DNA of 64,000 bases. Source: an uncultured Gammaproteobacteria bacterium (GTDB lineage: Bacteria > Patescibacteriota > Patescibacteriia > UBA1558 > 2-01-FULL-52-15). This document shows positions 40,559 to 51,096 of the stretch, in pieces. The notes beneath the pieces are model-generated. The model saw only the letters and a list, made by a program, of their open reading frames with translations, did not search any database and was not told where the DNA came from. Location of the stretch: assembly GCA_964402565.1 (NCBI GenBank), contig CAYOCJ010000002.1:79392-143391 (forward strand), written 5' to 3'. A program made the position numbers and the translations under genes. Each line of letters starts with the position of its first letter. The stretch's first letter is position 1.

Positions 40559-41035
40559 TTAAGATAAGAACGTATCGAGCAAATCACACGCTTCTGCCAA
40601 AGTGTCGTATCCGGCAATGCGGACATGCGGGTACCGTTCGCTGTTCATGCCGCGGACCATGGCCGAAACAGTCTCTCGAATCGAATTATGATAGAGGCAC
40701 AGTATGGGCAAGTGTCGTCGAGTGCTGGGTAAATGGCGTGTCGTAGCATATTCAATCTCGCGCCCTACGCCGGTGGAGGCGCCGCTCACCTCAGCTATAA
40801 AATGCGACGCCTGATCGATCCATGCTATATCTTGCGATTCGATATCAGTGACGGTGAGCTTCTCATACGGCTTTCCTATTTTTTCTGCGAGCAAAGCATT
40901 TGGATTATCTTTGATGATATGTTCAGACAGCACAACGACTCCCTTGTTCTGGATGTGCTCTATCATTCCTTTTACGAAATGGCCGAAGTTTCTGTTGCCC
41001 CGGATAGCCCCTGCGAAATATACAGCGGTTTTCAT
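40559..41035 (-). CDS. Nucleoside 2-deoxyribosyltransferase / Rcl (DNPH1)-like N-glycosidase
   Basis: YFAGAIRG.R, VLSEH, D..WI, AEVS..STGVG.E, SAM..G. Confidence 0.85.
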   Translation of the reverse strand: MKTAVYFAGAIRGNRNFGHFVKGMIEHIQNKGVVVLSEHIIKDNPNALLAEKIGKPYEKLTVTDIESQDIAWIDQASHFIAEVSGASTGVGREIEYATTRHLPSTRRHLPILCLYHNSIRETVSAMVRGMNSERYPHVRIAGYDTLAEACDLLDTFLS

Positions 41036-41338
41036 TTAGGATTCCTCAAGGATAATTCTTTTTTTGAAAGCCCCGCGCTTATCGCGTTTCTTGGTTTGGA
41101 TATCCTGAAGTGCTTCACGTGTGAACTCCTTGTATGCAATCACCGCATCGACCACTTCCATAATGTCTGCTAATTCTTCTATGCTTTCTGCTTCAGAGAA
41201 TTCAGCGACTTCTTCAGCGAGCTTCTCTTTTAATTTCATCCAATACTCGGCGTCATCTGCAGTATGGATAACAGCATTGCCGCCTTTTGCAGCAATAATC
41301 TCGGGTATATTGTCTCGGACAAGCTTATTGTATTTCAT
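41036..41338 (-). CDS. MazG-like nucleoside triphosphate pyrophosphohydrolase
   Basis: [26 protein letters not shown]...RG.F. Confidence 0.92.
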   Translation of the reverse strand: MKYNKLVRDNIPEIIAAKGGNAVIHTADDAEYWMKLKEKLAEEVAEFSEAESIEELADIMEVVDAVIAYKEFTREALQDIQTKKRDKRGAFKKRIILEES

Positions 41339-41350
41339 AGCATCAGTATA

Positions 41351-41884
41351 CTACTTTTTCGGTGCCGTTTCGTTTATCCTCGCGGTATTTTCTTCGATCG
41401 TATCCAAGCCCATCGCTTCGCGCCGTTCAGCAACATGCTCAGGGTCTTCGATAGGACGCGGTACATATTTTCCCTCGCCCGTAGGATCATAAAATTGCGT
41501 TCCGTATTTTTGCATGCTGCCCTCATTCACTAAGGTACGGTCAGTGAGGTAGGCAATATCCCCTTTGGCTACCTCGGTTTCATCGGCACTTTGCATGAGC
41601 TCCAGGCAGTATTTTTGAAAAACTATGTCATGATCCGCATGCTGCACCAGGAGCCAGGCATCGGAAGAAGCTGTAGCGCCGACTTTTGCAATAGTTGGCC
41701 AGCCGATTTCGGCAACAATTTCTTTGAGGCGGGCAGTATTACGATGATCAACAGAAGGGTCCCAGTATTTGCGCGTTTCATCTGCTTCAGCAGTATGCCG
41801 CATCTCCTGATCCGTGCGGGCCATTTCAGTAAGCTCATTTGCAATATGCGGGAATTGGATCTGTTCTGGGGATTTTTCGTTCAT
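41351..41884 (-). CDS. DUF6624-like protein
   Basis: DQ..R, N..RL.EI....GWP, AWLLVQHAD, AYL.DR, Q.YGTQ, RR..MGL. Confidence 0.85.
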   Translation of the reverse strand: MNEKSPEQIQFPHIANELTEMARTDQEMRHTAEADETRKYWDPSVDHRNTARLKEIVAEIGWPTIAKVGATASSDAWLLVQHADHDIVFQKYCLELMQSADETEVAKGDIAYLTDRTLVNEGSMQKYGTQFYDPTGEGKYVPRPIEDPEHVAERREAMGLDTIEENTARINETAPKK

Positions 41885-41998
41885 ATGGTTATGTTTTCAG
41901 TATAAAGTATCTTTGATGTAAATGTTAGAGCGCCTCTCGGTGGATAGAGAGACGCTCTGGTAATGGCCGACGAGCGGCCGTGTATGCCAGTACGGTCT

Positions 41999-42811
41999 TC
42001 AGTAGAAGCGCTGCCCTCTTCTTCGCCGCTCTTTTTGAAAATCGTACCTGATGGGTTCGAACCTGAATTTGCCTTGTACGGCGTAGCATCCGCGTTGATC
42101 TTCGCCGAGGTTTACGAGTTTGATCGGCAGTTTTTTGAGGCCAGTGTGGGTCACACGGTGCGTGAAAGGACGGGTCGCAAGCTGTTTTTTCGATCGATGG
42201 GTCTCTTTTGCGATGAGCTCGAGCACCCGATCCTTGGTAAAAAGCTCTTTGAGACGCACGGCAAGCTCGGCAAAACCATTCAGCTTGATCTGGCGGATGC
42301 GCTCGGTCGACAGGCCCATGAGGTTGCCAGCCTCTTCGAGGTTTAACGGTTCATCGCCGCCGACGCCGAACAGGAGCTTCAGTACTATTGCATCCCGGGG
42401 GCGCATTTCGCCGAGTTTTTTTTGAACGGCGAGTGAGCGCTCCTTTTCCAGGAATGCGCTTTCCGGATCCTGCGGAGCAGGAAGCATCAGCCGGAGTTGA
42501 TCCGGCATCGCGAGCTCCCCGAATGCAATTTCTTTCGTCATGGAAGTCCGCTCGAACTGATACAGCCAGAGCGGGAAGAGCTTCGACGGCGGAATGCCGC
42601 AGGCCTGCGCAAGCGCGACCGCTGCGGGTCTGAACTGGCCCAGTTTATTGAGCGGGGATTCCTTGAGGCCGAGCAGCCTGCAGGTCAGGTGGTAGCTGAC
42701 CTGGTGATGCGTGCAGAAATCACGGGCAGTTTTCCATTTGTCGTAGATCGCGTGCCACAGCACGTTGTTCCTGGCGCGGGCTTCGATCCGCAATTCTTTC
42801 CGGTGAGCCAC
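41999..42811 (-). CDS. Sigma70 region-4 domain protein with N-terminal XRE-like HTH
   Basis: RD..VL.L.FG......LEE.G..MGLS.ERIRQI; no region 2; GTG start with AAGGAG; TTGACA-N17-CATACT promoter. Confidence 0.75.
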   Translation of the reverse strand: MAHRKELRIEARARNNVLWHAIYDKWKTARDFCTHHQVSYHLTCRLLGLKESPLNKLGQFRPAAVALAQACGIPPSKLFPLWLYQFERTSMTKEIAFGELAMPDQLRLMLPAPQDPESAFLEKERSLAVQKKLGEMRPRDAIVLKLLFGVGGDEPLNLEEAGNLMGLSTERIRQIKLNGFAELAVRLKELFTKDRVLELIAKETHRSKKQLATRPFTHRVTHTGLKKLPIKLVNLGEDQRGCYAVQGKFRFEPIRYDFQKERRRRGQRFY

Positions 42812-42902
42812 GACTTATCTCCTTTTTGTTGTTTCAGGTTCAAAATGGAATGAACACAGTTGACTGGGGAGTATGCCTCTATCCTGACGCGCTGTCAATG
42901 GT

Positions 42903-43412
42903 TTATACCTTTTTTGATAACTCTCCTGCCAGATAGGTAAAGTCTGACCAGCTGTCCTTATTTTTTACGCGTGATCCTAGAATGAAATCCTGGAACTTCG
43001 AATGAAAATCAGGAGCCAGGATCTGGAGATGTGCTTTTGCTATCCTGCGATCTATAAGATCTGCTTTATACATGCTGCCGACAACTTCGAAATAGTCAAG
43101 CAAGAGATCCATGCTGAAGCGCAGTTCATAGAATTTTTCTTGTTGTACATCGAGGCTGAATTGACCTCTGGTCTTTTCATCAGAACCAAGGTGGAGTTTT
43201 AATTTTTCCCAATGCTCGATTATTTTTCTTCTGGAACGAATGATCTCGGCTTCACTGAAACGCGACATAAGCTGCAACGTACGATCTTTTTTATCTTTTG
43301 ATCGTACATAGGCAAGCGAGTTCACCGTTGCAATACGCAGCATCTTGGTTTCCCACGAATACCAAATAACAACTATCAGGGTTGCAAGGAGGATCCAATC
43401 AGCGTAGGTCAT
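42903..43412 (-). CDS. DUF4760-like membrane-anchored protein
   Basis: N-terminal TM, LL.YFE..G......ID pattern. Confidence 0.6.
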   Translation of the reverse strand: MTYADWILLATLIVVIWYSWETKMLRIATVNSLAYVRSKDKKDRTLQLMSRFSEAEIIRSRRKIIEHWEKLKLHLGSDEKTRGQFSLDVQQEKFYELRFSMDLLLDYFEVVGSMYKADLIDRRIAKAHLQILAPDFHSKFQDFILGSRVKNKDSWSDFTYLAGELSKKV

Positions 43413-43526
43413 GGCATAAGTATACTATATTTTGTGTACTATTTGACACTGCAGGTTCTTTTATCTAAGGTAGCTTTTAGTACGGGCGCTCGACCCAATC
43501 GAGCAGGATCTATGGAGGTGACGTCC

Positions 43527-43967
43527 ATGATCAGGAAAATCCGTTCTTTGTTCATACTGTGTCTGATCGCGGCGCTGCCAGCGGCAGCAAAAGAGATGAA
43601 GCTCATCAAATTCACCGAAGAAAGCCAGAAGGGTTCGTATGTGAGCTGCGGCGACTACTTCCTTCAGATGGGACCACCGGGCATTGGATTGCTCGAATGC
43701 AGCGCTCTGACGGATGAGAGAACCATTACGATGATGTTCCTCATCTCGAAGTCGCTCATCGTCGTGCTCGACGATTCCAAGGACGCTCCGGTACTCGAGT
43801 TTGTCGGTGAGAGCAGTGAGCCGACCGAGCAAAAGGCGACGTTGCGGATCTCATCCTCAATGTACAAGGCGGCTGCACAATGCATACCGAAACCTGCCAT
43901 GGCTCCAAACGTGAAGCCGAAGAACAAGCCAGCGCCAACACCAGACAAATCAGCCACCAAGACCTGA
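43527..43967 (+). CDS. Secreted hypothetical protein
   Basis: Signal peptide ..PAAA|KE, GGAGGTGA SD, TTGACA-N17-TAAGGT promoter, terminator 43982-44020. Confidence 0.7.
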   Translation: MIRKIRSLFILCLIAALPAAAKEMKLIKFTEESQKGSYVSCGDYFLQMGPPGIGLLECSALTDERTITMMFLISKSLIVVLDDSKDAPVLEFVGESSEPTEQKATLRISSSMYKAAAQCIPKPAMAPNVKPKNKPAPTPDKSATKT

Positions 43968-44151
43968 TCAAGAACAAACAACGGCGGGAGTCCAGGGGAC
44001 TCCCGCCGATCTATTTTTTGCCTTTGCATGCTCGCCCCCGAACCTCTTACCTTGGTACGCCAGAGTTCAATGTATAACTTCAAACCTAACCATTTTCACT
44101 ATCGTATCAGCATCCACCGGCTTGTTATATATTTTTGAAAAACTACTTGTA

Positions 44152-44727
44152 TCAAGTTTTTTTCGATGTAGCTGCCTGAAATAATCTGTTTCGTTGTTCA
44201 CGACGTGAATAAAAATAAATAGCCAAACTTAAACCAGACCAGATGATGATATTGAGACTTTTGGCAAGCGGGTTAACTAAAGAATAGGCGCTACACGGCT
44301 CGACGCGCTTGGCATATCTTTTATTATAGTTCTTAGGCACTCTTTCATTTGTCATTAGCCACCAGTTAAATGGCATGCCTATCATTGTAGACTCCCCTGC
44401 TGAGTAGCTACAGAACAATGTTGGATATCCGTTCTCGTTTAGTGGCAGGCTCGAAGGTATTTCTAATGCAACCCATCCGAAACTAATACTGTTAAAAGAC
44501 GGCGATCCATAATAAGACAGATACCAGATACTGAGAATTACGAGGGTAAGTGAAAAAAACTTTTTCATTCCCCATTTCCAATAGCGACTGATGTCTTTTT
44601 TCAACGAATGCTTTCCTAAAAGCCTAGGTAATACAATCAAGAGAGTTACACAGCAAAGAGATTTTGAGAATACTAAAAAAAAAGCTGGAACATACGATAA
44701 TGTTTCTTCTATAAAGTTTGGTTGCAT
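44152..44727 (-). CDS. Hypothetical membrane protein
   Basis: Three hydrophobic segments; TATACT-N6-ATG. Confidence 0.65.
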   Translation of the reverse strand: MQPNFIEETLSYVPAFFLVFSKSLCCVTLLIVLPRLLGKHSLKKDISRYWKWGMKKFFSLTLVILSIWYLSYYGSPSFNSISFGWVALEIPSSLPLNENGYPTLFCSYSAGESTMIGMPFNWWLMTNERVPKNYNKRYAKRVEPCSAYSLVNPLAKSLNIIIWSGLSLAIYFYSRREQRNRLFQAATSKKT

Positions 44728-44798
44728 TGATTTAGTATACTACTTTTTTGCTGGGACTTGCCTCGGCGGGCGAGCATGCAAAGCCAAGGCGCGAGCTT

Positions 44799-44882
44799 CG
44801 TCATCTCGACGAGCCAGCAGGCAAGGAGAGATCTCCCTAGCATATACTCTAGGGAGATTCCTCGCTTCGCTTCGGAATGACG
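44799..44882. repeat. REP/REPIN-like long palindrome downstream of nrdJ
   Basis: CGTCAT..ATCTCCCTAG/CTAGGGAGAT..ATGACG nested inverted repeat. Confidence 0.75.
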
Positions 44883-44931
44883 GTACTGACGAAGTTCGCT
44901 TACTTGCGACAATTAATTTGAGATTTTGTCT

Positions 44932-47900
44932 TTAACTACACCCCGTTGTCTCCCCACAATCCATGCACAAGAGACAACTCCCATTCCTCTTCATCTTGAT
45001 AGAACCACACGCAGCACATTGATCGCCGGTGAAACCTTGCCGTATAGCATCACTGCGCTTTGAGGTGTCGGTAATGGGTTTCGAGACCTTCATTTCAGAC
45101 ACGACCGCGGTGGTCATAGGAAGCGTAGCCTGGCCCATGAAGGCTGCAGGACGGGTGATCTTCGCATGGTTTTCCTTGATCTGCACCAAATCCTCACGTC
45201 CCAGATATTCATAGCCGAGCACGCGGAAGATATAGTCGAGGAGCGAGGTTGCCATCTTGATATTCGGATGCTCTTCGACAACGCCGGCTGGCTCAAATCG
45301 GGTATAGGTGAAGGTTTCGACGAATTCTTCTAAGGGCACGCCATACTGCAGGCCTTTCGAGATGGCGATCGCAAAGCAATTCACTAAGCTGCGATACGCT
45401 GCGCCTTCTTTATACATATCAATGAAGATCTCGCCCAAGCGCCCGTCCGGATACTCTCCGGTGCGGAGGTGAATCTTATGTCCGCCGACGCGCGCTTCCT
45501 GTACGAAGCCATAGCGTTGTGATGGCAATTCTTGTTTCAGGAGTTTGCGGGCAATAGCATCAGAGTAGGTCTTGGCTGAAATGCCGGCTTCATCAGTATC
45601 GTCATCTTCGGTCAATGCGAGAATGGATTCATCATCAGTAACCGAGTTCAAAGGCTGCGACAGCTTCGATGAGTCGCGGTACAGCGCAACTGCTTTGAGG
45701 CAGGACTTCCAGCTCAGCCAATGAACTTCAGCAACGTCTTCGATGGTTGCATTCTTCGGCATATTGATGGTCTTCGAAATTGCCCCGCAGAGGAATGGCT
45801 GTACGGCTGCCATCATGCCGACATGCGCTTTGTAAGCGATATAGCGTTTACCGAGTGTGCCGCATTTGTTCGCGCAGTCGAAAATTGCCAAATGTTCATC
45901 CTTCAGATCAGGCGCGCCTTCGATGGTCATGGTGCCGCCTACATAGAAATTCGCTTCGCGGATCTCATCCTTCGTGAATCCTAAGGCGGCAAGGATATTC
46001 GTTTTCGAATCGGCGATCTTGTCAGCAGTGAGGCCGACGCGCTCCAAAGTTTCAGCAGGGATGGTGGTCGTATTGAAAGCGAATTGTATATCGAATGATT
46101 TTGCAGCTTCGGCGTCGAGCTTTGCGACTTCTTCATCAGTGAAGCCTTTTGCCTTCAGCGATTCAGGATTGATGCTTGGCGCGCCCTGCAAGGTGCCATG
46201 GCCCAACGCATATTTCTCGATGCGTTCGATCTGAGCTTCAGAATAACCAAGTCTGCGAAGCGCTTTGTCCAATGACTTGTTGATGATCTTCAAGTATCCG
46301 CCGCCTGCAAGCTTCTTGAACTTCACAATGGCAAAGTCAGGCTCAACGCCGGTCGTATCGCAGTCCATGACCAAACCAATAGTTCCGGTAGGCGCGATTA
46401 AAGTTGTCTGCGCATTGCGATAGCCATATTGTTCGCCCATAGCAACTGCTTCATCCCATGAAGTCCGTGCAGCACGTAGGAGATAGTCCGGCGTATGCTG
46501 TGCATCGATGCCGACTGGTTTGATGTCGATATTCTCATACTCAGCAGCAGGCGCATTATAGGCTGCGCGGCGGTGATTGCGCATCACGCGGAGCATATCC
46601 TGCTTATTCATTTGATAGCGCGGGAACGGTCCGACGACATGAGCCATTTCAGAACTGGCTTTGTAGGATTCTCCGCCCATGATAGCAGTGATCGCTGCGG
46701 CAATATTGCGTCCTTCATCAGAATCATACGGAATGCCCATTGTCATGAGAATGGTTCCGAGGTTCGCATAGCCCAGTCCGAGCGTACGGTACAAGTATGA
46801 GCGCCAGGCTATCTCTCTCCCTGGGAATTGCGCCATGAGTACTGAGATCTCGAGAGTGATGGTCCAGAGCCTGACGGCATGCTTGAATGCTTCGACGTCA
46901 AACGTTCCTTCTGCATCGTTCATGAAATGAGCAAGATTGATACTCGCCAAGTTGCAGGCCGTATCATCGAGGAACATATACTCAGAGCATGGATTCGATG
47001 CGGTGATAGGACCATCGGCCGGGCAAGTATGCCAGTCATTCACGGTCGTGTGGAACTGCAGGCCAGGGTCAGCCGATGACCATGCAGCGTAATTGATTTC
47101 ATCCCAGAGTTTGCGTGCTGGCAAAGTCTGTGCGATTTCGCCGGAAGTTCTGAAGGAAAGGTTCCAGTCCTGGTTTTTGTCTACGGCATCCATATATTGA
47201 TTCGTGACGCGGACCGAGTTGTTGGAATTTTGTCCTGAGACGGTATTGTAAGCGTCGCCTTCGAAATGCGTATCAAAGACAGCAAGGTCCATGCTGGTTT
47301 GCCCCTGCTTCACGAGGTCCAGGGAACGAATGATATAGTTCAATGGTACATGGCGCTTCAATGCCTGCTGGACTATGGTCTTGAGTTTTTCATTGGCATT
47401 GATGTCGGTCGTATTCTCGGATGAAGCAACATCCATGATCTTATTCAGGTAATGGCTGGTATTCCAGGAACCGGAGATGAGCGCAGCAACTTTCTGTTCT
47501 TCTTTCATCTTCCAGTTGATAAAGGTAGGCACATCAGGATGATCAATATCGACAACGACCATTTTTGCGGCTCGTCGCGTCGTACCGCCAGACTTGATGG
47601 CTCCTGCAGCACGATCGAAGATGCGCAGGAATGACATCATGCCGGACGATCTGCCGCCGCCGCCGAGCCGTTCATTGGCTGCGCGGAGCGTGGAGAAATT
47701 CGAGCCAGTGCCTGAACCGAATTTGAAAAGACGGGCCTCTCGGGTGATCAGGTCAAAAATACCTCCTTCATTCACCAAGTCATCAGAGACGGATTGAATG
47801 AAGCAGGCATGCGGCTGCGGATGCGTATAGGTATCTGGCCCGAGTTCGAGAACGCCGGTGTCCGGGTTTACTAAATAATGCCCCTGAGGCGTACCGGTAA

Positions 47901-48690
47901 TCCCATAGGCAAAAGCCAGGCCGGTATTGAACCATTGCGGCGAGTTCGGAGCGCCAAGCTGCTTGATAATGGTATAGACCATTTCATCCTCATAGGCCTG
48001 GGCATCTTCCTTAGAATAGAAATATCCATATTGTTCCCCCCAGCTTCGCCAGCAGCCTGCCAGGCGATAGGCAACCTGCTTGATAGAGGTCTCCATGCCG
48101 GTCACTGGTTCGCCATGCTCATCCAGTTTCGCATGTCCATCAGCATCATAGAGCGGTACTCCTGCTTTGCGCAGGTACTTTTGGGCTAAAATATCTGTGG
48201 CGACCTGGGTCCAGGCTGTCGGCACTTCGACATCCTTTATTTCAGCGATAATTTTACCGTTCGGGTCGCGTATAATAGAGGTTCGTTTTTCATATTCGAA
48301 CATGTCATAGACGGATTGTGAAGCGGCGGTCCAGCGGCGGGTAATTTTGAGTCCGGCATTCTTCGCAACAATAGGCTCTCCGACATAACTTTGCTTTTTT
48401 GCTGACAGCGGGAGCTTTTTGCCCTTGTACTGGTTATAAAATTCTGAAATGGTCTGTAAATTGCTCTCAGACAGCACATCTGAGATCGCTTTTCGAATAT
48501 CCTCAGAGGTGGTTGTACCAGAACCATTGGTTTTTTCTTCGAGTTTTTGCAAAGCCTGCTTGGTTACCCGCTGGGAGATCGGATTATCCTTCATTTTCAG
48601 AGCCTTGATGACGAATTTCAAGCTACTGATGATCTTTTGGGAATCAAAAGACTCGGTACGACCGTTTCGTTTGATGGTAACGTTGAGCAT
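44932..48690 (-). CDS. nrdJ: Adenosylcobalamin-dependent (class II) ribonucleotide reductase with N-terminal ATP cone
   Basis: KRNG..E.FD..KI cone, [51 protein letters not shown]-terminal Zn ribbon GETTGCS. Confidence 0.97.
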   Translation of the reverse strand: MLNVTIKRNGRTESFDSQKIISSLKFVIKALKMKDNPISQRVTKQALQKLEEKTNGSGTTTSEDIRKAISDVLSESNLQTISEFYNQYKGKKLPLSAKKQSYVGEPIVAKNAGLKITRRWTAASQSVYDMFEYEKRTSIIRDPNGKIIAEIKDVEVPTAWTQVATDILAQKYLRKAGVPLYDADGHAKLDEHGEPVTGMETSIKQVAYRLAGCWRSWGEQYGYFYSKEDAQAYEDEMVYTIIKQLGAPNSPQWFNTGLAFAYGITGTPQGHYLVNPDTGVLELGPDTYTHPQPHACFIQSVSDDLVNEGGIFDLITREARLFKFGSGTGSNFSTLRAANERLGGGGRSSGMMSFLRIFDRAAGAIKSGGTTRRAAKMVVVDIDHPDVPTFINWKMKEEQKVAALISGSWNTSHYLNKIMDVASSENTTDINANEKLKTIVQQALKRHVPLNYIIRSLDLVKQGQTSMDLAVFDTHFEGDAYNTVSGQNSNNSVRVTNQYMDAVDKNQDWNLSFRTSGEIAQTLPARKLWDEINYAAWSSADPGLQFHTTVNDWHTCPADGPITASNPCSEYMFLDDTACNLASINLAHFMNDAEGTFDVEAFKHAVRLWTITLEISVLMAQFPGREIAWRSYLYRTLGLGYANLGTILMTMGIPYDSDEGRNIAAAITAIMGGESYKASSEMAHVVGPFPRYQMNKQDMLRVMRNHRRAAYNAPAAEYENIDIKPVGIDAQHTPDYLLRAARTSWDEAVAMGEQYGYRNAQTTLIAPTGTIGLVMDCDTTGVEPDFAIVKFKKLAGGGYLKIINKSLDKALRRLGYSEAQIERIEKYALGHGTLQGAPSINPESLKAKGFTDEEVAKLDAEAAKSFDIQFAFNTTTIPAETLERVGLTADKIADSKTNILAALGFTKDEIREANFYVGGTMTIEGAPDLKDEHLAIFDCANKCGTLGKRYIAYKAHVGMMAAVQPFLCGAISKTINMPKNATIEDVAEVHWLSWKSCLKAVALYRDSSKLSQPLNSVTDDESILALTEDDDTDEAGISAKTYSDAIARKLLKQELPSQRYGFVQEARVGGHKIHLRTGEYPDGRLGEIFIDMYKEGAAYRSLVNCFAIAISKGLQYGVPLEEFVETFTYTRFEPAGVVEEHPNIKMATSLLDYIFRVLGYEYLGREDLVQIKENHAKITRPAAFMGQATLPMTTAVVSEMKVSKPITDTSKRSDAIRQGFTGDQCAACGSIKMKRNGSCLLCMDCGETTGCS

Positions 48691-48955
48691 GGGCCTTGTT
48701 TTTTTGTTGTAATTAAGCCGCACTATGCCGCTGAGAGGACGGCAAGACGGTAGTTTGTAGTTTTTAAGGGCATAAAAAAGCCCTCACTACATTTTTCGGC
48801 TGCTTTTTTTGAGAAAAGCCTTTCGGGTAGAGCCAAGTGAGCCCGAAAAGGCCTAAAGATAGGGAAGTGGTATGCGGTAGCGCCAGAATACGGGGTTTTT
48901 GGTTTTTGTTTTAACCTGATCGTGTCAGGGCGGGCCTCTCGGCCCATGTCAGTGA

Positions 48956-49004
48956 ACACTACATATTGTGGTACAAACACAGTATATCACACAAGATATA
49001 GTGG
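48956..49004 (-). promoter_or_regulatory. Tandem NrdR boxes
   Basis: ACACTACATATTGTGG (48956-71) and ACACAAGATATAGTGG (48989-49004) match acaCwAtATaTwGtg, upstream of nrdJ. Confidence 0.88.
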
Positions 49005-49257
49005 TTCAAGTTTTTAGGGGTTTTTTGGCTTTTGCTTGCAATTTTGATTTTTTATGCGTCGCAAAATACGATGTAATGCTCTAGAAAAAATCATTTTTCG
49101 AACTCGCCAGGTGGATAACTGGAACAACCTAGACTTTCATAATCTTTGTGCTAGGTTGGGTTTATAACGTTCAGCATAGATTTGTGCTGAAACGCTGGCA
49201 CTTTTACATGGTGGAGAAAAAACGCGAACGTAAACCCGTGAAACGGTGAGGTGATCT

Positions 49258-49404
49258 ATGTTGACGATCAAATCGAGCCGGAGTATCGACTCAACAGGCG
49301 CTGAGGTGATCGATTTCCAGATCATTTCGGCCCCAACCAAAGGCGAAAAGGATGAAAAAGAACACAAGCCGGATCAGGGTCAGGCGAAAACTGAAACGCC
49401 CTAA
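49258..49404 (+). CDS. 48-aa hypothetical protein
   Basis: GAGGTGA SD; first ORF of a small SD-led operon. Confidence 0.45.
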   Translation: MLTIKSSRSIDSTGAEVIDFQIISAPTKGEKDEKEHKPDQGQAKTETP

Positions 49405-49675
49405 AAGACACGCACAAAGCAAGCACAGCCTGTCGAATGAACAAGCACGGTACATGGTAAAAATCCTTCGCGAATCTTTGCTCGAGGAAGCGAAAATAAA
49501 ACCTTTGAGCAGGAAGCGACAACAGACCCTCGACATGCTGAACGATTTCGAGGCTGCACGAAGGCGTGCGGTCGCTTTGGAAGGATTTTCGAAATCGGTC
49601 CAGCGGGTGTGCGAGGAAATGCATAAAGAACGGGAACGTTTCACGGTCATTCAGGGCGGCAAATCAAAGCACTAG
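49352..49675 (+). CDS. Basic hypothetical protein
   Basis: 107-aa ORF ending FTVIQGGKSKH. Confidence 0.6.
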   Translation: MKKNTSRIRVRRKLKRPKRHAQSKHSLSNEQARYMVKILRESLLEEAKIKPLSRKRQQTLDMLNDFEAARRRAVALEGFSKSVQRVCEEMHKERERFTVIQGGKSKH

Positions 49676-49683
49676 GAGGTGAG

Positions 49684-49926
49684 ATGCTGAAGCTCAACTT
49701 GATTCGCGACCAGTCGCTGCGACGAGACGGTCCGTTCTGGACCCTTGCCCGCGGGAAAGCGCTCCTGCGGATCCTGACCTATGTCACTGGCTTTGCCGTG
49801 ATCGCAGCTCCCGGCGTATTCTTGCTGAGGCCGCAAACCATCCTGATCTTGCTTTTCATTCCTGTCATTTCGCATTTGCTTGCTGAGAACTTGTCGCTTC
49901 GACTGAAATTGCGCCGCCGTTACTAG
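49684..49926 (+). CDS. Small membrane protein
   Basis: GGAGGTGA SD; two TMs. Confidence 0.6.
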   Translation: MLKLNLIRDQSLRRDGPFWTLARGKALLRILTYVTGFAVIAAPGVFLLRPQTILILLFIPVISHLLAENLSLRLKLRRRY

Positions 49927-49955
49927 CGGCGTTTCACAAAAAGGAGGGGTTGCCT

Positions 49956-50153
49956 ATGCCTGAGGATCAGTCTGGCGGTATCACGGGGCTGCCGAGCGAG
50001 GAACATTTGCGCGAGCATCTCAAGAAGAAGGCTCAGAAGAATCTGAACTCGAACGAACGCAGTAAGTGCTGCAACGCTCCGCTCGACATGACGCCGCTTG
50101 GCCAAGTCTGCTCCGCGTGCCGCACCCACAACCACGAGCCGGAATACCGGTGA
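49956..50153 (+). CDS. Small Zn-ribbon protein
   Basis: SKCCNA...CSAC; AAGGAGG SD; terminator 50162-50206. Confidence 0.65.
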   Translation: MPEDQSGGITGLPSEEHLREHLKKKAQKNLNSNERSKCCNAPLDMTPLGQVCSACRTHNHEPEYR

Positions 50154-50232
50154 GACTACTGAGGCTCCTTTGTTCTCCGCAAACGCGGATGAACGAAGGA
50201 GCCTTTTGTTTTTTTTGTCGTGCTATACTTAT

Positions 50233-51084
50233 ATGATGAAACAAAGGGGGTTTACATTGATCGAGCTCTTGGTAGTCATCGCAATCATCGGATTATTAGC
50301 GGCCATTGCTATCGTGAATTTGAATGCAGCCAGGGATCGTGCGCGTATTGCCCGGGCCAAGCAGTTCGAGGCTCAGCTGATGCATGCATTAAGCTCGGAT
50401 CTTATCGCCGAGTGGACATTCGACAGCGACACAGCCATCACTACCATTCATGATTCTTCGGGCAATGGATTGGATTTGATAGGGAATGCAACGAATTCTA
50501 TTGAGCCGACCGATTGCATGTACGGCAAATGCATAAAAAATACAACCGCTGGCACTGGCGGCGCTGGTTTGCAGCGAAATTCGGCGTGGCCATTTACAGC
50601 GGATTTTTCGGGAAATAAGTTTACGATATCTGCCTGGGTATACCCGGTGCAGACGAGCGGCACCGATGCATCTATCTTAGATTTTGTCGGTACTGGCGGC
50701 GCTAACTTTCAGTTTCGCTTGAAAGGGAATGGCAATAGCAATCCGACGCCTTTTTGCGCCTTTGTCCAAGCAACAGGATGGACTGGTCCCGGGTGTTCGA
50801 TCACAACGCCGACGATCTCCATGTCGCAGTGGCACCATGTTGCATTGATATACGATGGTACTTGGTTGAAGGAATTCGTGGATGGAGTCGAAACAGGGGC
50901 GCAGACAAAAACCTATGGTACTCCAACTGCTTTAGCTTTTACTGCTCCTATAACTCCGCCTTCAACTTCCGTTCTTATCGGAGGCAGTTTAATAGGTACG
51001 ATTGATTCTGTGCGACTCTATAACTCATCATATCCCACGGGCAACGATTGTCCGTCGCCGTCGACGACATGCGTGAATCCGTAG
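50233..51084 (+). CDS. Pilin-like protein with LamG/concanavalin-like domain
   Basis: RG|FTLIELLVV; W.FD, DSSGNG, FTISAWV.P, WHHVALIYDG...FVDG, G.ID.VRLYN. Confidence 0.92.
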   Translation: MMKQRGFTLIELLVVIAIIGLLAAIAIVNLNAARDRARIARAKQFEAQLMHALSSDLIAEWTFDSDTAITTIHDSSGNGLDLIGNATNSIEPTDCMYGKCIKNTTAGTGGAGLQRNSAWPFTADFSGNKFTISAWVYPVQTSGTDASILDFVGTGGANFQFRLKGNGNSNPTPFCAFVQATGWTGPGCSITTPTISMSQWHHVALIYDGTWLKEFVDGVETGAQTKTYGTPTALAFTAPITPPSTSVLIGGSLIGTIDSVRLYNSSYPTGNDCPSPSTTCVNP

Positions 51085-51096
51085 CGATGTGGCGAT

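Noticed and set aside
44932-48690. Intein in NrdJ
   Set aside because: Catalytic motifs are contiguous, with no splice-junction or LAGLIDADG motifs; the length is explained by the ATP cone and C-terminal domains.
48691-48955. Cobalamin riboswitch upstream of nrdJ
   Set aside because: B12-box and GGGAA/GCCACTG core motifs were not found on the coding strand.
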